This document shows, piece by piece, positions 18,990 to 27,736 of a DNA stretch of 41,528 nt. Origin of the DNA: Escherichia phage HK633; the sequence record NC_019719.1. The stretch is one strand, 5' to 3'. Each line of letters begins with the position of its first letter. The stretch's first letter is position 1. Below the pieces are notes generated by a model, which searched no databases, was not told where the DNA came from, and was given only the letters and a program-made list of their open reading frames with translations. A program made the position numbers and the translations under genes.

Positions 18990-19096
18990 TTGTTTTGAGC
19001 GATCAATAACAAATAATTTATCTATCTAATCAATTATACCCATCGATTATGTATTGGTATCTTCGAAGCTACTGAATACCTCTGGATACTATCAAA

Positions 19097-19330
19097 ATGA
19101 AAAGGCTAATTATCTGCATAGCGGGCGCTTTAATGCTGTCTGGTTGTGCTGGTGTACTTGAGAAACAGAAACCGATTTGCAGCGGCACGGCATATATGGG
19201 TGGCCATGAGAATACCGTTATGATTTACGCCGTTCGAAAGCAAAACAACCAGACGCAATACCGGGCCGGATATCCCTTTAACTGGCGCTGGGTAAGTGCG
19301 AACACATTCACAAGCACGACATGTAAATAA
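19097..19330 (+). CDS. Small lipoprotein moron (candidate Cor-type exclusion lipoprotein)
   Basis: 77 aa; signal peptide with lipobox LSGC; AT-rich upstream region 18990-19096; own terminator. Cor assignment is positional only. Confidence 0.65.
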   Translation: MKRLIICIAGALMLSGCAGVLEKQKPICSGTAYMGGHENTVMIYAVRKQNNQTQYRAGYPFNWRWVSANTFTSTTCK

Positions 19331-19350
19331 CTCATGATTTTCAATGCAAA

Positions 19351-19372
19351 CCTCGCCTCGGCGGGGTTTTTT
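19351..19372 (+). terminator. Intrinsic terminator (CCTCGC-CTCG-GCGGGG + T6)
   Basis: GC stem with one G-U pair followed by TTTTTT. Confidence 0.65.
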
Positions 19373-19388
19373 ATTGCCTGGAGAAAAT

Positions 19389-20660
19389 ATGCTTTATAAC
19401 ACTGGAACCATCGCCATTAACGGAAACAGCGCCACCGGCACGGGCACGAACTGGACGGCACCCGCCAGCCAGGTTCGCGCTGGCCAGACGATTATCGTGA
19501 TGTCTAACCCGGTGCAGCTGTTTCAGATTTCATCCGTGAACAGCGCCACGTCAATGACGGTTACTCCAGCTGCTTCCCCGGCGCTGAGCGGCCAGAAGTA
19601 CGGCATTCTTGTTACTGATAGTCTCTCGGTTGATGGCCTGGCGCAGAGCATGTCTCAGCTCATCAACGAGTATGACGAGAACATCGGCGCCTGGGAGACA
19701 TTTGCCACCACCTCAGCAAATCAGAACATCACCGTTACCATCAACGGCGCTCGTGTAACCATTCCGGCGATCGGCAAACTGGTCCAGAAAGGGAGCAATG
19801 GGGCGGTTGGAGTTTCGGACGGCGGGACCGGGGCAACGAATGCCGCTGACGCTCGCACAAACCTCGGTTTGGTTAAACAGACTTCTATTGATGACGGCAC
19901 ACCGGGTCGATTACTTACTACCGAGTATTCCTTCGGGCTAGGACCAGCGCCCAGATCAACATATCCAATGGGTCAGGGAACACAGTTTTTGATTTATGCA
20001 TCAACACCCAGCAACGGAGAGACTCCGGATTCTTCACTCGGTTGCGGCGTGCAGGTCGCATACGATTCTACAAGAAGGGCTCAATATTTCATAAAAACTA
20101 ATGGATATTTTTATAGTCGGTTTTCACTAACATCAGGAATTCTTGATGCATCCACTGCGTGGAATATGCACTATACAACCAAGAATACTACTAAATCTAG
20201 CGATGGAACCCTTAAGGCTGCGTCTCCGGTTGCCCGTATTGTAGCGAGCCAAGAAGCCTGCCAGCGCTCAGATATAACTGAGGATGGTTTCTCCTGGTGC
20301 GGCTGCGGTACGGCGAATGCAGAAGCTGAAGGTATCAGCATATCTCGTCTTGATGTAGGTGTTTATACGCTTACCGGTTCAGCAGGCCTGGCTTCTTCTG
20401 GCTGGCAACTCTTACCACCTATGGATCCTGGTGGTATGGGGGAGCTAGGTGTCGTTGAGGCAGAGCAAGCCGAAAGCGGCGACCTGACGATTCGCCTGTA
20501 TAAACGCAAATATATCCTAAGCGATGAAGGTGAGATCGTCAAAACCAAAGGTGAATTGATGGACGTGCCGGCGAACAGTTGGATCGATGTGCGTCTCGAT
20601 ATGCCTGAAAGCAGTGCCTGGAATCAGCGTCAGAAAGAGGCGGCTGAGCCTGCTTCGTAA
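19389..20660 (+). CDS. Tail fibre-like protein (putative receptor-binding)
   Basis: 423 aa from ATG 19389 (GGAG RBS); track start 19344 lies inside the terminator; Gly/Thr/Ser-rich, last structural gene before the attachment region. Confidence 0.55.
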   Translation: MLYNTGTIAINGNSATGTGTNWTAPASQVRAGQTIIVMSNPVQLFQISSVNSATSMTVTPAASPALSGQKYGILVTDSLSVDGLAQSMSQLINEYDENIGAWETFATTSANQNITVTINGARVTIPAIGKLVQKGSNGAVGVSDGGTGATNAADARTNLGLVKQTSIDDGTPGRLLTTEYSFGLGPAPRSTYPMGQGTQFLIYASTPSNGETPDSSLGCGVQVAYDSTRRAQYFIKTNGYFYSRFSLTSGILDASTAWNMHYTTKNTTKSSDGTLKAASPVARIVASQEACQRSDITEDGFSWCGCGTANAEAEGISISRLDVGVYTLTGSAGLASSGWQLLPPMDPGGMGELGVVEAEQAESGDLTIRLYKRKYILSDEGEIVKTKGELMDVPANSWIDVRLDMPESSAWNQRQKEAAEPAS

Positions 20661-20831
20661 AAGAAACCGCCGTCTGTCGTATGCAAGAACGGGCGGCGGC
20701 TGGCTGGCGAACTTACGATAGTGCGAGTATTGAATGATTTCCAGCCGTTACCGATTTTACTATGTTTTCAGTAGAACACTCAGACAAAACTGAGACACAC
20801 AAAGCTTTGTACTGGATTGCAAGACTTTGTG

Positions 20832-22013
20832 CTATCTGAGATATAGCAATGTTGGTTGCTCCACCTTTTCATCAACCCAATCCGCCCACCACTGCATCAT
20901 TTCTCTGCGCTTATCGAGATACTGAGCATGGTTGTAAATCCCACGCACAGATCCGCCGTTGGCATGTGCCAGTTGCACTTCAATAGCATCAGCAGGCCAT
21001 TCGTGCTCGTTCATAATCGTGCTGAATTCATGCCTGAATCCGTGACCGCTTTCCAGACCTTCATAGCCGATTTGTTTGATCACAAGCAATACCGCGTTCT
21101 CGCAGATTGGCTTCTTCTTATCGTTGCGCCCGGCAAAAACAAACTCTGATACTGGTTTAGTGATGGAGCTTAGCGTAGTGAGAAGTTCAACCACCTGGTC
21201 TGACATAGGAACAACATGAATCTTGCGTCCCTTCATCACACTGGCGTCGATAGTGATAATCCTGTTTTCAAAATCGACGTTCTTCCATTGCATGGAACGA
21301 AGCTCTTTCGTTCTTAGGGCTGTGTAGCGTAAAACTTTGGTCGCAATGAGCGATACGATGCTTCCTGAAAATGTTGCCAGTGCTTTGTTGAATGCCGGGA
21401 TCTGGTCTGCAGGAAGAAACGGGAAGTTCTTCTTGCGGTATCCCTTCATGGCGTCAGCAAGGTCAGGTGCCGGGTTATATTTAGCCCTTCCGGTGACAAT
21501 AGCGTAACGGAAAACCTCGCCGCATCTTCTGCGGGCTTTGTTGGCTCGCTCCATTGCACCGCGATCTTCAAATCTGCGGATTACTTCCAACAGTTGCATC
21601 GGCTCAATATCCTGAATCTCAAGACCGCCGATGATGGGTAAAATGTCGTCATCAAACATTTTTGCAAGTTCATTTGCATAGCCTACTGACCAGACTTGCT
21701 TCTTGTGCTCGTACCATTCCTTGTAAATGGCGCTAAAGGAATTGTTGTTAGACGAAGCCTTTTTCGCTTTTACCGGATCGATGCCAACCGAGATGTCTTT
21801 CCTCGCGGTCCATGCTTTATCCCTTGCCTCCTGCAAAGTCATAAGCGGATATTTTCCTACGGTCAGGATTTTCTCCTTACCGTCAATCTTGTAGCGAAGC
21901 TGCCATACCTTTTTCCCTGACACAGGGACAAAAAGGTACAGGCCATTACCATCGAGAAGGCGGTATGGTTTTTCTTTCGGCTTTGCTGCTTCTATCTGCT
22001 TAACGGTGAGCAT
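20832..22013 (-). CDS. int: Tyrosine integrase (P4-type)
   Basis: N-terminal AKPKEKPYRLLDGNGLYL arm-binding motif; C-terminal HxxR and RGIYNHAQY catalytic region; ATG 22013 preferred over the GTG at 22049. Confidence 0.85.
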   Translation of the reverse strand: MLTVKQIEAAKPKEKPYRLLDGNGLYLFVPVSGKKVWQLRYKIDGKEKILTVGKYPLMTLQEARDKAWTARKDISVGIDPVKAKKASSNNNSFSAIYKEWYEHKKQVWSVGYANELAKMFDDDILPIIGGLEIQDIEPMQLLEVIRRFEDRGAMERANKARRRCGEVFRYAIVTGRAKYNPAPDLADAMKGYRKKNFPFLPADQIPAFNKALATFSGSIVSLIATKVLRYTALRTKELRSMQWKNVDFENRIITIDASVMKGRKIHVVPMSDQVVELLTTLSSITKPVSEFVFAGRNDKKKPICENAVLLVIKQIGYEGLESGHGFRHEFSTIMNEHEWPADAIEVQLAHANGGSVRGIYNHAQYLDKRREMMQWWADWVDEKVEQPTLLYLR

Positions 22014-22262
22014 GGGTAAAAATCCGGTGGGTAAAATTATTTTATCCACTTTTTACCCGTCATGGAGTGCGGCTGTCAACGATCTGAAGCGAACTATTAC
22101 GAACGGTGAATCTACGGAAAGCTTGATATTCAGGGAATTTTGCGGACTGGTACGGATGGGGGCGAACTGATAAATGGTGTCCCCTGCAGACATCTACTTG
22201 AAGCAGCAGGGGATTGATTGGAATGGTGTTTTTTAGATGTGAGAAATATTTTACCCGCTATT

Positions 22263-22463
22263 TTACCCATTGGCGCGGCTTAAGAGCTTATTTTTGAATT
22301 CACAATGGTCACGATATAACCATCTTGCTCGACCGTGGATAACTTTGGCTTTTGGCAGGTCGCCGGACTTAATCCGGTCATAGATGAAGGTTTTACCGAA
22401 GCCAGTATCGGCCATGATGAATTTCAAATCAACCAGTGAATCAGGCTGTAGTTCGTGTTGCAT
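22263..22463 (-). CDS. xis: AlpA-family excisionase / transcriptional regulator
   Basis: 66 aa, GGAGAT RBS; helix-turn-helix; adjacent to and upstream of int. Confidence 0.75.
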   Translation of the reverse strand: MQHELQPDSLVDLKFIMADTGFGKTFIYDRIKSGDLPKAKVIHGRARWLYRDHCEFKNKLLSRANG

Positions 22464-22594
22464 GAGTGCTATCTCCGAATAGGGAATCGAACCTGCAAAT
22501 CAGGCAATAAAAAACCGCCATCAGGCGGCTTGGTGTTCTTTCAGTTCTTCAATTCGAATATTGGTTACATTGTTTTCATATATGAATAAATAAA

Positions 22595-22774
22595 TTAGCT
22601 TTTTTCGTTGCCTTCGCTTTCTTTATTAATTTTAACAAACTCGTTTTTACCACGCTCTCCAAATGCGTCTTTAGAGTCGTTGTATCCGCAATCGCAGCAC
22701 ACATAATCACCAGACCATCCACGCATTGTTTTTTCTTTTGCAATATTTCCAGAACCGCATTTTGGACAAGACAT
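22595..22774 (-). CDS. Small zinc-ribbon protein
   Basis: 59 aa from ATG 22774 with GGAGGT RBS 6 nt upstream; CPKCG ... CCDCG four-Cys motif. Confidence 0.55.
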   Translation of the reverse strand: MSCPKCGSGNIAKEKTMRGWSGDYVCCDCGYNDSKDAFGERGKNEFVKINKESEGNEKS

Positions 22775-22870
22775 ATCACTACCTCCAAAGCATGAGTGAG
22801 ATGACAACGTAACATTGATTGGAGATTAACAATAGATTGCTGATGTAAAAGATATGTATAAGCTTCGCTT

Positions 22871-23404
22871 TCAAAGTGGAGGCTCTGGTAGCGGCATCCA
22901 GTGTGACGGTTTCCACGACGCACCAGGAATTATCCACCCATCATTAGCGTCAGGATGACCCGGGATGTAAGTCGCCCATTTCATTCGCCAGTCACCTTTC
23001 CTGTCAAACTCCACGGCAACAAGAACGGCTGTTTTGGTATCCGGCATTCGATCACTACAGCTTATCCAACCATCCGGAGTTACCGGAGAGTTGCCATTTA
23101 CATCGAAGTTTGGCTCTGCGTCCTGAACCAGGAGGATGTAACCATTCTTGGCAGTATCAAGTTCTAACGCCTCGGTGACGGTACCGAAATAGCGATTACC
23201 TAAATCCGCATCACAAGTGCTTACATCAATGGAAACCTCCATGCCTTCGATTAATTCTGGCAAGTTGTAAGTTTGGCTTACAGGTTCTGCTCCCAGTGAT
23301 GCCAGTGCAATCCGTGCCACTTCCATTTGTTCGCCACGGGTAAGCCCGTTATCAAGCGGATTTTTAATGAATAATTCGATACGTTCTTTGGTAATAGTGG
23401 TCAT
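22871..23404 (-). CDS. DUF551-like protein
   Basis: 177 aa; AAGGTGA RBS; C-terminal W-rich segment ending HWMPLPEPP typical of DUF551 phage proteins. Confidence 0.6.
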   Translation of the reverse strand: MTTITKERIELFIKNPLDNGLTRGEQMEVARIALASLGAEPVSQTYNLPELIEGMEVSIDVSTCDADLGNRYFGTVTEALELDTAKNGYILLVQDAEPNFDVNGNSPVTPDGWISCSDRMPDTKTAVLVAVEFDRKGDWRMKWATYIPGHPDANDGWIIPGASWKPSHWMPLPEPPL

Positions 23405-23406
23405 AG

Positions 23407-23598
23407 CTATTTCACCTTAATCTCAACATTTCGCAGCTTTAGCTCTACTGGCAGGTCTGACTTTCCTGTTAATGCTAATGCGAGATTTTCTGGGGTAATG
23501 AGAGCAGTTATTGCTTTCCCCATTGCCAGACGAATAATTATTCGTATTTCGCGATCGTCACATGCTCCTGGTCGAACGATTGATATTTGTCCGTCCAT
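23407..23598 (-). CDS. Hypothetical protein
   Basis: 63 aa; AAGGAGAG RBS; tightly packed between neighbours. Confidence 0.5.
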   Translation of the reverse strand: MDGQISIVRPGACDDREIRIIIRLAMGKAITALITPENLALALTGKSDLPVELKLRNVEIKVK

Positions 23599-23599
23599 C

Positions 23600-24316
23600 T
23601 CACTCTCCTTTGATGCGAATGCCAGCGGCGCGGATTGCAGCGATGACTTCAGAAACTTTGTATGCCATTACCGTTTGGTAATCATCGTGAAAATCTGTTC
23701 GATGAAGCATGCTGCTACGTTCTGGGAGCAGTATTTCCCGATCCTCCAGTTCTGCAATGCGCTTCTCTGCGGCTTCCAGCTTCTCGCGCATATCGTCAAC
23801 GTACTCGACCAGAGAACCGCCAGCAGGAATTTCGCACTCCTCGACCAGTTGGAAGTAGATATCAGCTGCGGCCCGTGTGTTGCTATGCCTAGCGTCGCCC
23901 ATCTCACCTTCACGAAGAGCATCGCGTTCGGCGGTAAGATTGGCTATTTTGCTGTCTTTGCCTTCCAGCTCAACGCGCAGCCTCCCTACCGTTAGCGCAA
24001 TTTCCTCGTTCTCCTGGTCGCGGCGTTTGATGTATTGCTGTTTTCTTTCCAGCTCATCCAGCAGCGCCAAGACGGTAGCAGGATTGGCTGCGGCGATGAA
24101 TTCAGCATTGGCCTGCTGTTCCATTTGGAAATCTTCATCGAAACCGCTTTCTGGGTGCGCTCCTTCAATTCTGCAAATGGGAAGATATCCAACAACTTCA
24201 CGATGAATTAGCGCATCATCAGCATCAAATCTCTCCTCTCCATATTCGAGCGACCACACACCACTCGTTGCTTTCTCTGCCTTTTCACGCAGTGCCTGAT
24301 AGTCAATCTTGCTCAC
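23600..24316 (-). CDS. Ea22-like coiled-coil protein
   Basis: 238 aa; GTG start with AAGGAGG RBS 6 nt upstream, overlapping upstream stop (GTGA); acidic coiled-coil composition. Confidence 0.55.
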   Translation of the reverse strand: MSKIDYQALREKAEKATSGVWSLEYGEERFDADDALIHREVVGYLPICRIEGAHPESGFDEDFQMEQQANAEFIAAANPATVLALLDELERKQQYIKRRDQENEEIALTVGRLRVELEGKDSKIANLTAERDALREGEMGDARHSNTRAAADIYFQLVEECEIPAGGSLVEYVDDMREKLEAAEKRIAELEDREILLPERSSMLHRTDFHDDYQTVMAYKVSEVIAAIRAAGIRIKGE

Positions 24317-24795
24317 TGGCTGCCTCCTTTGCGAAGCTGGTCGGCGAACAAACGTACACTAGACGCTTCACTGCGTAGAAACTTAACGGCATAATCAAAA
24401 CCACCTCGTTCTGCGTCGTCTGCTACGTTGTCGAGGTTATCTGCGTACATCTCTACCCCCTGCGCCCGTACTTCAGCCAGGAAAGCGTCGGTAGTTGGGG
24501 TTTCAGTAACATCATCTTCCCATTCGCTAAACTCCTCACGACAAAAGTCATTAAATTCCTTCTCAGATTGCTTAAGCGAGGTATTTTCAGCAGCCATCTT
24601 CGCGCATTTAGCCTCAAGGTTATCAATCGTGATTCCAGCAGAACGACACTCCCGCAACGCCGTTTCCAGTTTTGATTCAAGTTCACCGAACTTACGCACC
24701 AGATATTCAGCGTTTGTTTCGTTAACCTTTAAATCTCGTGGGAAGCATTTACCTTTCAGAAAACCATCCATCTCAATTAGTGACATTTGTTTCAT
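24313..24795 (-). CDS. Hypothetical coiled-coil protein
   Basis: 160 aa from ATG 24795, which overlaps the stop of the upstream small ORF (ATGA). Confidence 0.5.
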   Translation of the reverse strand: MKQMSLIEMDGFLKGKCFPRDLKVNETNAEYLVRKFGELESKLETALRECRSAGITIDNLEAKCAKMAAENTSLKQSEKEFNDFCREEFSEWEDDVTETPTTDAFLAEVRAQGVEMYADNLDNVADDAERGGFDYAVKFLRSEASSVRLFADQLRKGGSQ

Positions 24796-24956
24796 TTCTT
24801 CCCACTCCGCCACATCGCATTCAGATATTTGTTGTCATTAACAGAACCGAAACTATTTCTCTTAAGCAATTCCTCTCTCGATGGCATTGGCTTTACGCGT
24901 TGGCGAATAATCATTTCTGCCGGAAGAATGCCGGGATTGTATGCAAGTCCTCTCAT
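24792..24956 (-). CDS. Small hypothetical protein
   Basis: 54 aa from ATG 24956 with GAGGA RBS; stop overlaps next start (ATGA). Track ORF 24792-25106 begins at a TTG. Confidence 0.35.
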   Translation of the reverse strand: MRGLAYNPGILPAEMIIRQRVKPMPSREELLKRNSFGSVNDNKYLNAMWRSGKK

Positions 24957-24966
24957 GGTAAATTCC

Positions 24967-25260
24967 TCAGTCATTACTGATAGCGCCATAGCGTGATCGA
25001 TAATTACGCAGGCGCGGGTCAATTTCAGGGAAGTGGGTATATGTGGCTTTGCGGAATGGTCGGATTGATGTCTGGTAAATTCGCTCGCGTTCTTCTTTCT
25101 CTGCAAGCCATATACAATGGCGAAATTCCTTTTCCTCTTTCGTTTCCTGCGGTAGCGACATTATCCGATCGTAGTTTTTTCTGAATTTATCCAGCACCTC
25201 CGATACGGAATTGCCGGAACAGCGGCGCGGGTCATCCGCACCATACAGAGGCGCTGGCAT
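24967..25260 (-). CDS. Hypothetical protein
   Basis: 97 aa from ATG 25260 with AAGGA RBS; track start at 25281 is TTG. Confidence 0.45.
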   Translation of the reverse strand: MPAPLYGADDPRRCSGNSVSEVLDKFRKNYDRIMSLPQETKEEKEFRHCIWLAEKEERERIYQTSIRPFRKATYTHFPEIDPRLRNYRSRYGAISND

Positions 25261-25283
25261 AATGGAATCCTTATTTTGCAAAT

Positions 25284-25667
25284 CTAGAAGGGAATTGAAT
25301 CGTCGTATTCAGGATGATTTTGATGATTGCTACTTTGCTGCTGTTGGCTGTTTCCTGAAGTTGCAAATCCAATCTTTGCATTCAGTAATTCAAGATTGAT
25401 TGATTGACCATTTTGCCCCTGATAAACATCAACCCTGATGTTTTCTCCGGTAATTTCAACAATGCCACCTTCAACAAGAACACTACGGTAGTAATCCGCT
25501 TGCGCTCCCGGCTTGGCAAATACAACGGCGCTGTAGTTTGTCCATTCTTTCTTTTTTGTCTGGCGATCGTAATACTGAACGCCAGCACGGATGTTGAATC
25601 CGATATTTTCCCCGGCCTGAAACTCTCTTGCGGGTTTGTTTAGTCTTACTGTAATCGAATGTGCCAT
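25284..25667 (-). CDS. Single-stranded DNA-binding protein-like (OB fold, acidic DSIPF tail)
   Basis: 127 aa; C-terminus ...EYDDSIPF resembles the SSB partner-binding tip; TAATG coupling to erf. Confidence 0.6.
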   Translation of the reverse strand: MAHSITVRLNKPAREFQAGENIGFNIRAGVQYYDRQTKKKEWTNYSAVVFAKPGAQADYYRSVLVEGGIVEITGENIRVDVYQGQNGQSINLELLNAKIGFATSGNSQQQQSSNHQNHPEYDDSIPF

Positions 25668-26272
25668 TAAGCAGCCGCTCCTTCTAATTCGTCTCGTCTG
25701 ATGTTGTAAACGTCCTGCGCTTTATGCTGCTCCGGTGTGCCTTCGAGCATCTTCCACGCTTTGGCGAACGCCTGTTTAAGCTCTTCTACGGTGTTTTTCT
25801 GCATTGCTGCGTCAGTGAATGCTTTTAGAACCTGTTCAGGTGTAGGTGATGGTTTTGATTGCTTTGCTGCTGCGTTCTGCTGATGTTTATGCTCGTCGGT
25901 ATCTGCATCTTTAGCATCATCAATGCCGAACAAACCATTGAGGCAATACTTGCGTGCATAAGAGCTTGTAGCTCCCGTAACTTGTGCAGAATCCATTCCT
26001 TTCTTGCTTTCTTCCTCTCGTGCTAGCGCGGTTGCCGTATGACTGTTTTCGCCATCAGTAATAGTTGCCGTGGCTTTCACGTAATACCGATCACCAATCA
26101 ACACAACTTCATCGCTGATTGATAAAAACAGACCATTCAGTAACGGCTTAACGCCTTCAAGAATGTCTTCGCAGCTTCTGTATTTATATTTGCCGAATGA
26201 GTTGTACTGATTCTTTGGCGCGTTCAGATTCTCCTGAATAGCTGCCAGTCTTGCGTAAAATTCTTTGCTCAT
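25667..26272 (-). CDS. erf: ERF-family single-strand annealing protein
   Basis: 201 aa from ATG 26272 (track start 26302 is TTG); conserved central region and Lys/Ala-rich C-terminus as in P22 Erf. Confidence 0.7.
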   Translation of the reverse strand: MSKEFYARLAAIQENLNAPKNQYNSFGKYKYRSCEDILEGVKPLLNGLFLSISDEVVLIGDRYYVKATATITDGENSHTATALAREEESKKGMDSAQVTGATSSYARKYCLNGLFGIDDAKDADTDEHKHQQNAAAKQSKPSPTPEQVLKAFTDAAMQKNTVEELKQAFAKAWKMLEGTPEQHKAQDVYNIRRDELEGAAA

Positions 26273-26361
26273 ATGATTGTTCTCAGAATGGACACGGCCC
26301 AAGGAAATAACGCTGATTTAATACTTCAGTCTTTGCCGCATTTAAAAATACGCGAACACCT

Positions 26362-26532
26362 TCACGATCTCCCTTCTGGCGATACATTAACGCCTGCTGC
26401 GTGTACATGCGTCTCTGTAACTTGCTCTCCTTCACTGTGGTTGCAAGTGACATGAATATCTCCTTCGTTACCGATTAAATCTTTCATCTGACGAATGAAT
26501 TCTTCGTCTGACCAGTTATCTGTAAAACTCAT
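26362..26532 (-). CDS. Small acidic protein (position of P22 arf)
   Basis: 56 aa from ATG 26532, overlapping kil-like stop (ATGA); track start is GTG at 26547. Confidence 0.4.
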   Translation of the reverse strand: MSFTDNWSDEEFIRQMKDLIGNEGDIHVTCNHSEGEQVTETHVHAAGVNVSPEGRS

Positions 26533-26681
26533 TTCCTGCGATACCACGGAAGGTTGATAGCTGATTTCATAGCTTTATTTGCTTCAAGCCACATTTTTGA
26601 ATCACCAATAAATCTGGCTATTACTGCTTTGTTCTGTGCTGCACGAAGCATCTGGTGATTGATGGCTATTTCATTGCGCAT
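26529..26681 (-). CDS. kil: Kil-like small protein
   Basis: 50 aa, hand-translated; GAGG RBS 7 nt upstream; motif IARFIGDSKMW resembles lambda Kil; not in ORF track (below 60 aa). Confidence 0.45.
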   Translation of the reverse strand: MRNEIAINHQMLRAAQNKAVIARFIGDSKMWLEANKAMKSAINLPWYRRK

Positions 26682-26797
26682 AATAAGACCTCAACTCTTT
26701 TCCATCCGTCACGTAATTTACGGGTGATTCGTTCAAGTAAAGATTCATTTAGTTGGAAGGCACCCATGCGAGCGCCTCCCGCGATTGCGTAAATCAT
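26666..26797 (-). CDS. cIII: cIII-like FtsH inhibitor
   Basis: 43 aa, hand-translated; AAGGAA RBS 6 nt upstream; core ESLLERITRKLRDGWKR matches lambda cIII as recalled. Confidence 0.65.
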   Translation of the reverse strand: MIYAIAGGARMGAFQLNESLLERITRKLRDGWKRVEVLLCAMK

Positions 26798-26821
26798 GGG
26801 TGGTTCCTTATGTTGGTTTTA

Positions 26822-27724
26822 TTAGTAGGTTATTTTTGTTGCGAATACTTCGCCTTTTACGATGGCTGTTATGATATTTTTAGCAACATCTTCTGATGCG
26901 CCAACCTTGATAAGGTCAGCAAGTATTTTGTTATTTACTTCTTTCCGGTGAGCTTTATCCTTTGCTCTACGCTCTTCTTCGTCCTTGATTCTTTTTTCTT
27001 CTGCTATTCTGGCTTGCTCTTTTGCTTCAGCCTCGCGACGGATTCGTTCAGCCTCCTCCTGTGCTTTTCTGCGTTCTGCTTCAATTGCTGCCTGCTTTTC
27101 TCTTTCAGCTCGTTCTGCTGCGGCCTTAGCTTCTGCTTCTCGCCTTGCTGCTGCTTCAATTTCGGCTTTTGCCTTTGCTTCGGCTTCTGCTCTGGCTTTC
27201 TCTTCAGCTTCTCTTTTTAATCGTTCTTCATGCTCTCGCTTTTCCTGCTCCGCTTTGAGTCTTGCCTCTTCTCTTTGGCGGTCAAATTCGCGATCCATCA
27301 AAATCGCTATTTCATGGTCAGACTCAATTTGCTTTGCGAGAGCTTCAGCTGCTGCCTTAGCTTCTTCTTCGGCTTTAATCCGCGCCTGTTCTTCCTCATA
27401 ATCAGTAAGAGGCTGGCGCGCCTTGGCTTTCAGTTCATCAAGGCGATCGCGCACTGTCTTGCGGTTGGCATCAATTAGCTTTGGAATTTCCTTCAGTTCA
27501 GCAACAAGGTCTTTGCCAAGACCATCGAGATATGTTTTCGTCTGCGCAACTTTATACGCCAGAGAAGCGATCTCCTTTCTGCCCTTTGCCGTTGTGATAT
27601 CAGGCACAAAGGACATAACTTCACGTTCAACCTTTTGAAGGATTTCTTCAATCTGGTCGGCAGACTGAAATACAGTCATTGCATTTGATTTTTCAATAAC
27701 AACTAAATCTGTTACTTCACTCAT
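26822..27724 (-). CDS. Hypothetical protein with N-terminal globular domain and E/A/K/R-rich low-complexity helical region
   Basis: 300 aa from ATG 27724 (GGAGGA RBS); roughly 150 aa of EAKR repeats (TolA-like composition); first gene after the leftward terminator. Confidence 0.6.
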   Translation of the reverse strand: MSEVTDLVVIEKSNAMTVFQSADQIEEILQKVEREVMSFVPDITTAKGRKEIASLAYKVAQTKTYLDGLGKDLVAELKEIPKLIDANRKTVRDRLDELKAKARQPLTDYEEEQARIKAEEEAKAAAEALAKQIESDHEIAILMDREFDRQREEARLKAEQEKREHEERLKREAEEKARAEAEAKAKAEIEAAARREAEAKAAAERAEREKQAAIEAERRKAQEEAERIRREAEAKEQARIAEEKRIKDEEERRAKDKAHRKEVNNKILADLIKVGASEDVAKNIITAIVKGEVFATKITY

Positions 27725-27736
27725 ATATCCTCCATC

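Noticed and set aside
22576-22923. 115-aa minus-strand ORF overlapping the zinc-ribbon gene
   Set aside because: No RBS, overlaps both neighbours, and the alternative frame 22595-22774 has a strong GGAGGT RBS and a clear Cys4 motif.
26948-27638. Several plus-strand ORFs (26948-27220, 26985-27401, 27230-27478, 27423-27638) rich in Ser/Ala/Leu/Phe
   Set aside because: They are the reverse-complement frames of the E/A/K/R low-complexity region of the minus-strand gene 26822-27724; the repetitive codon usage keeps frames open by chance.
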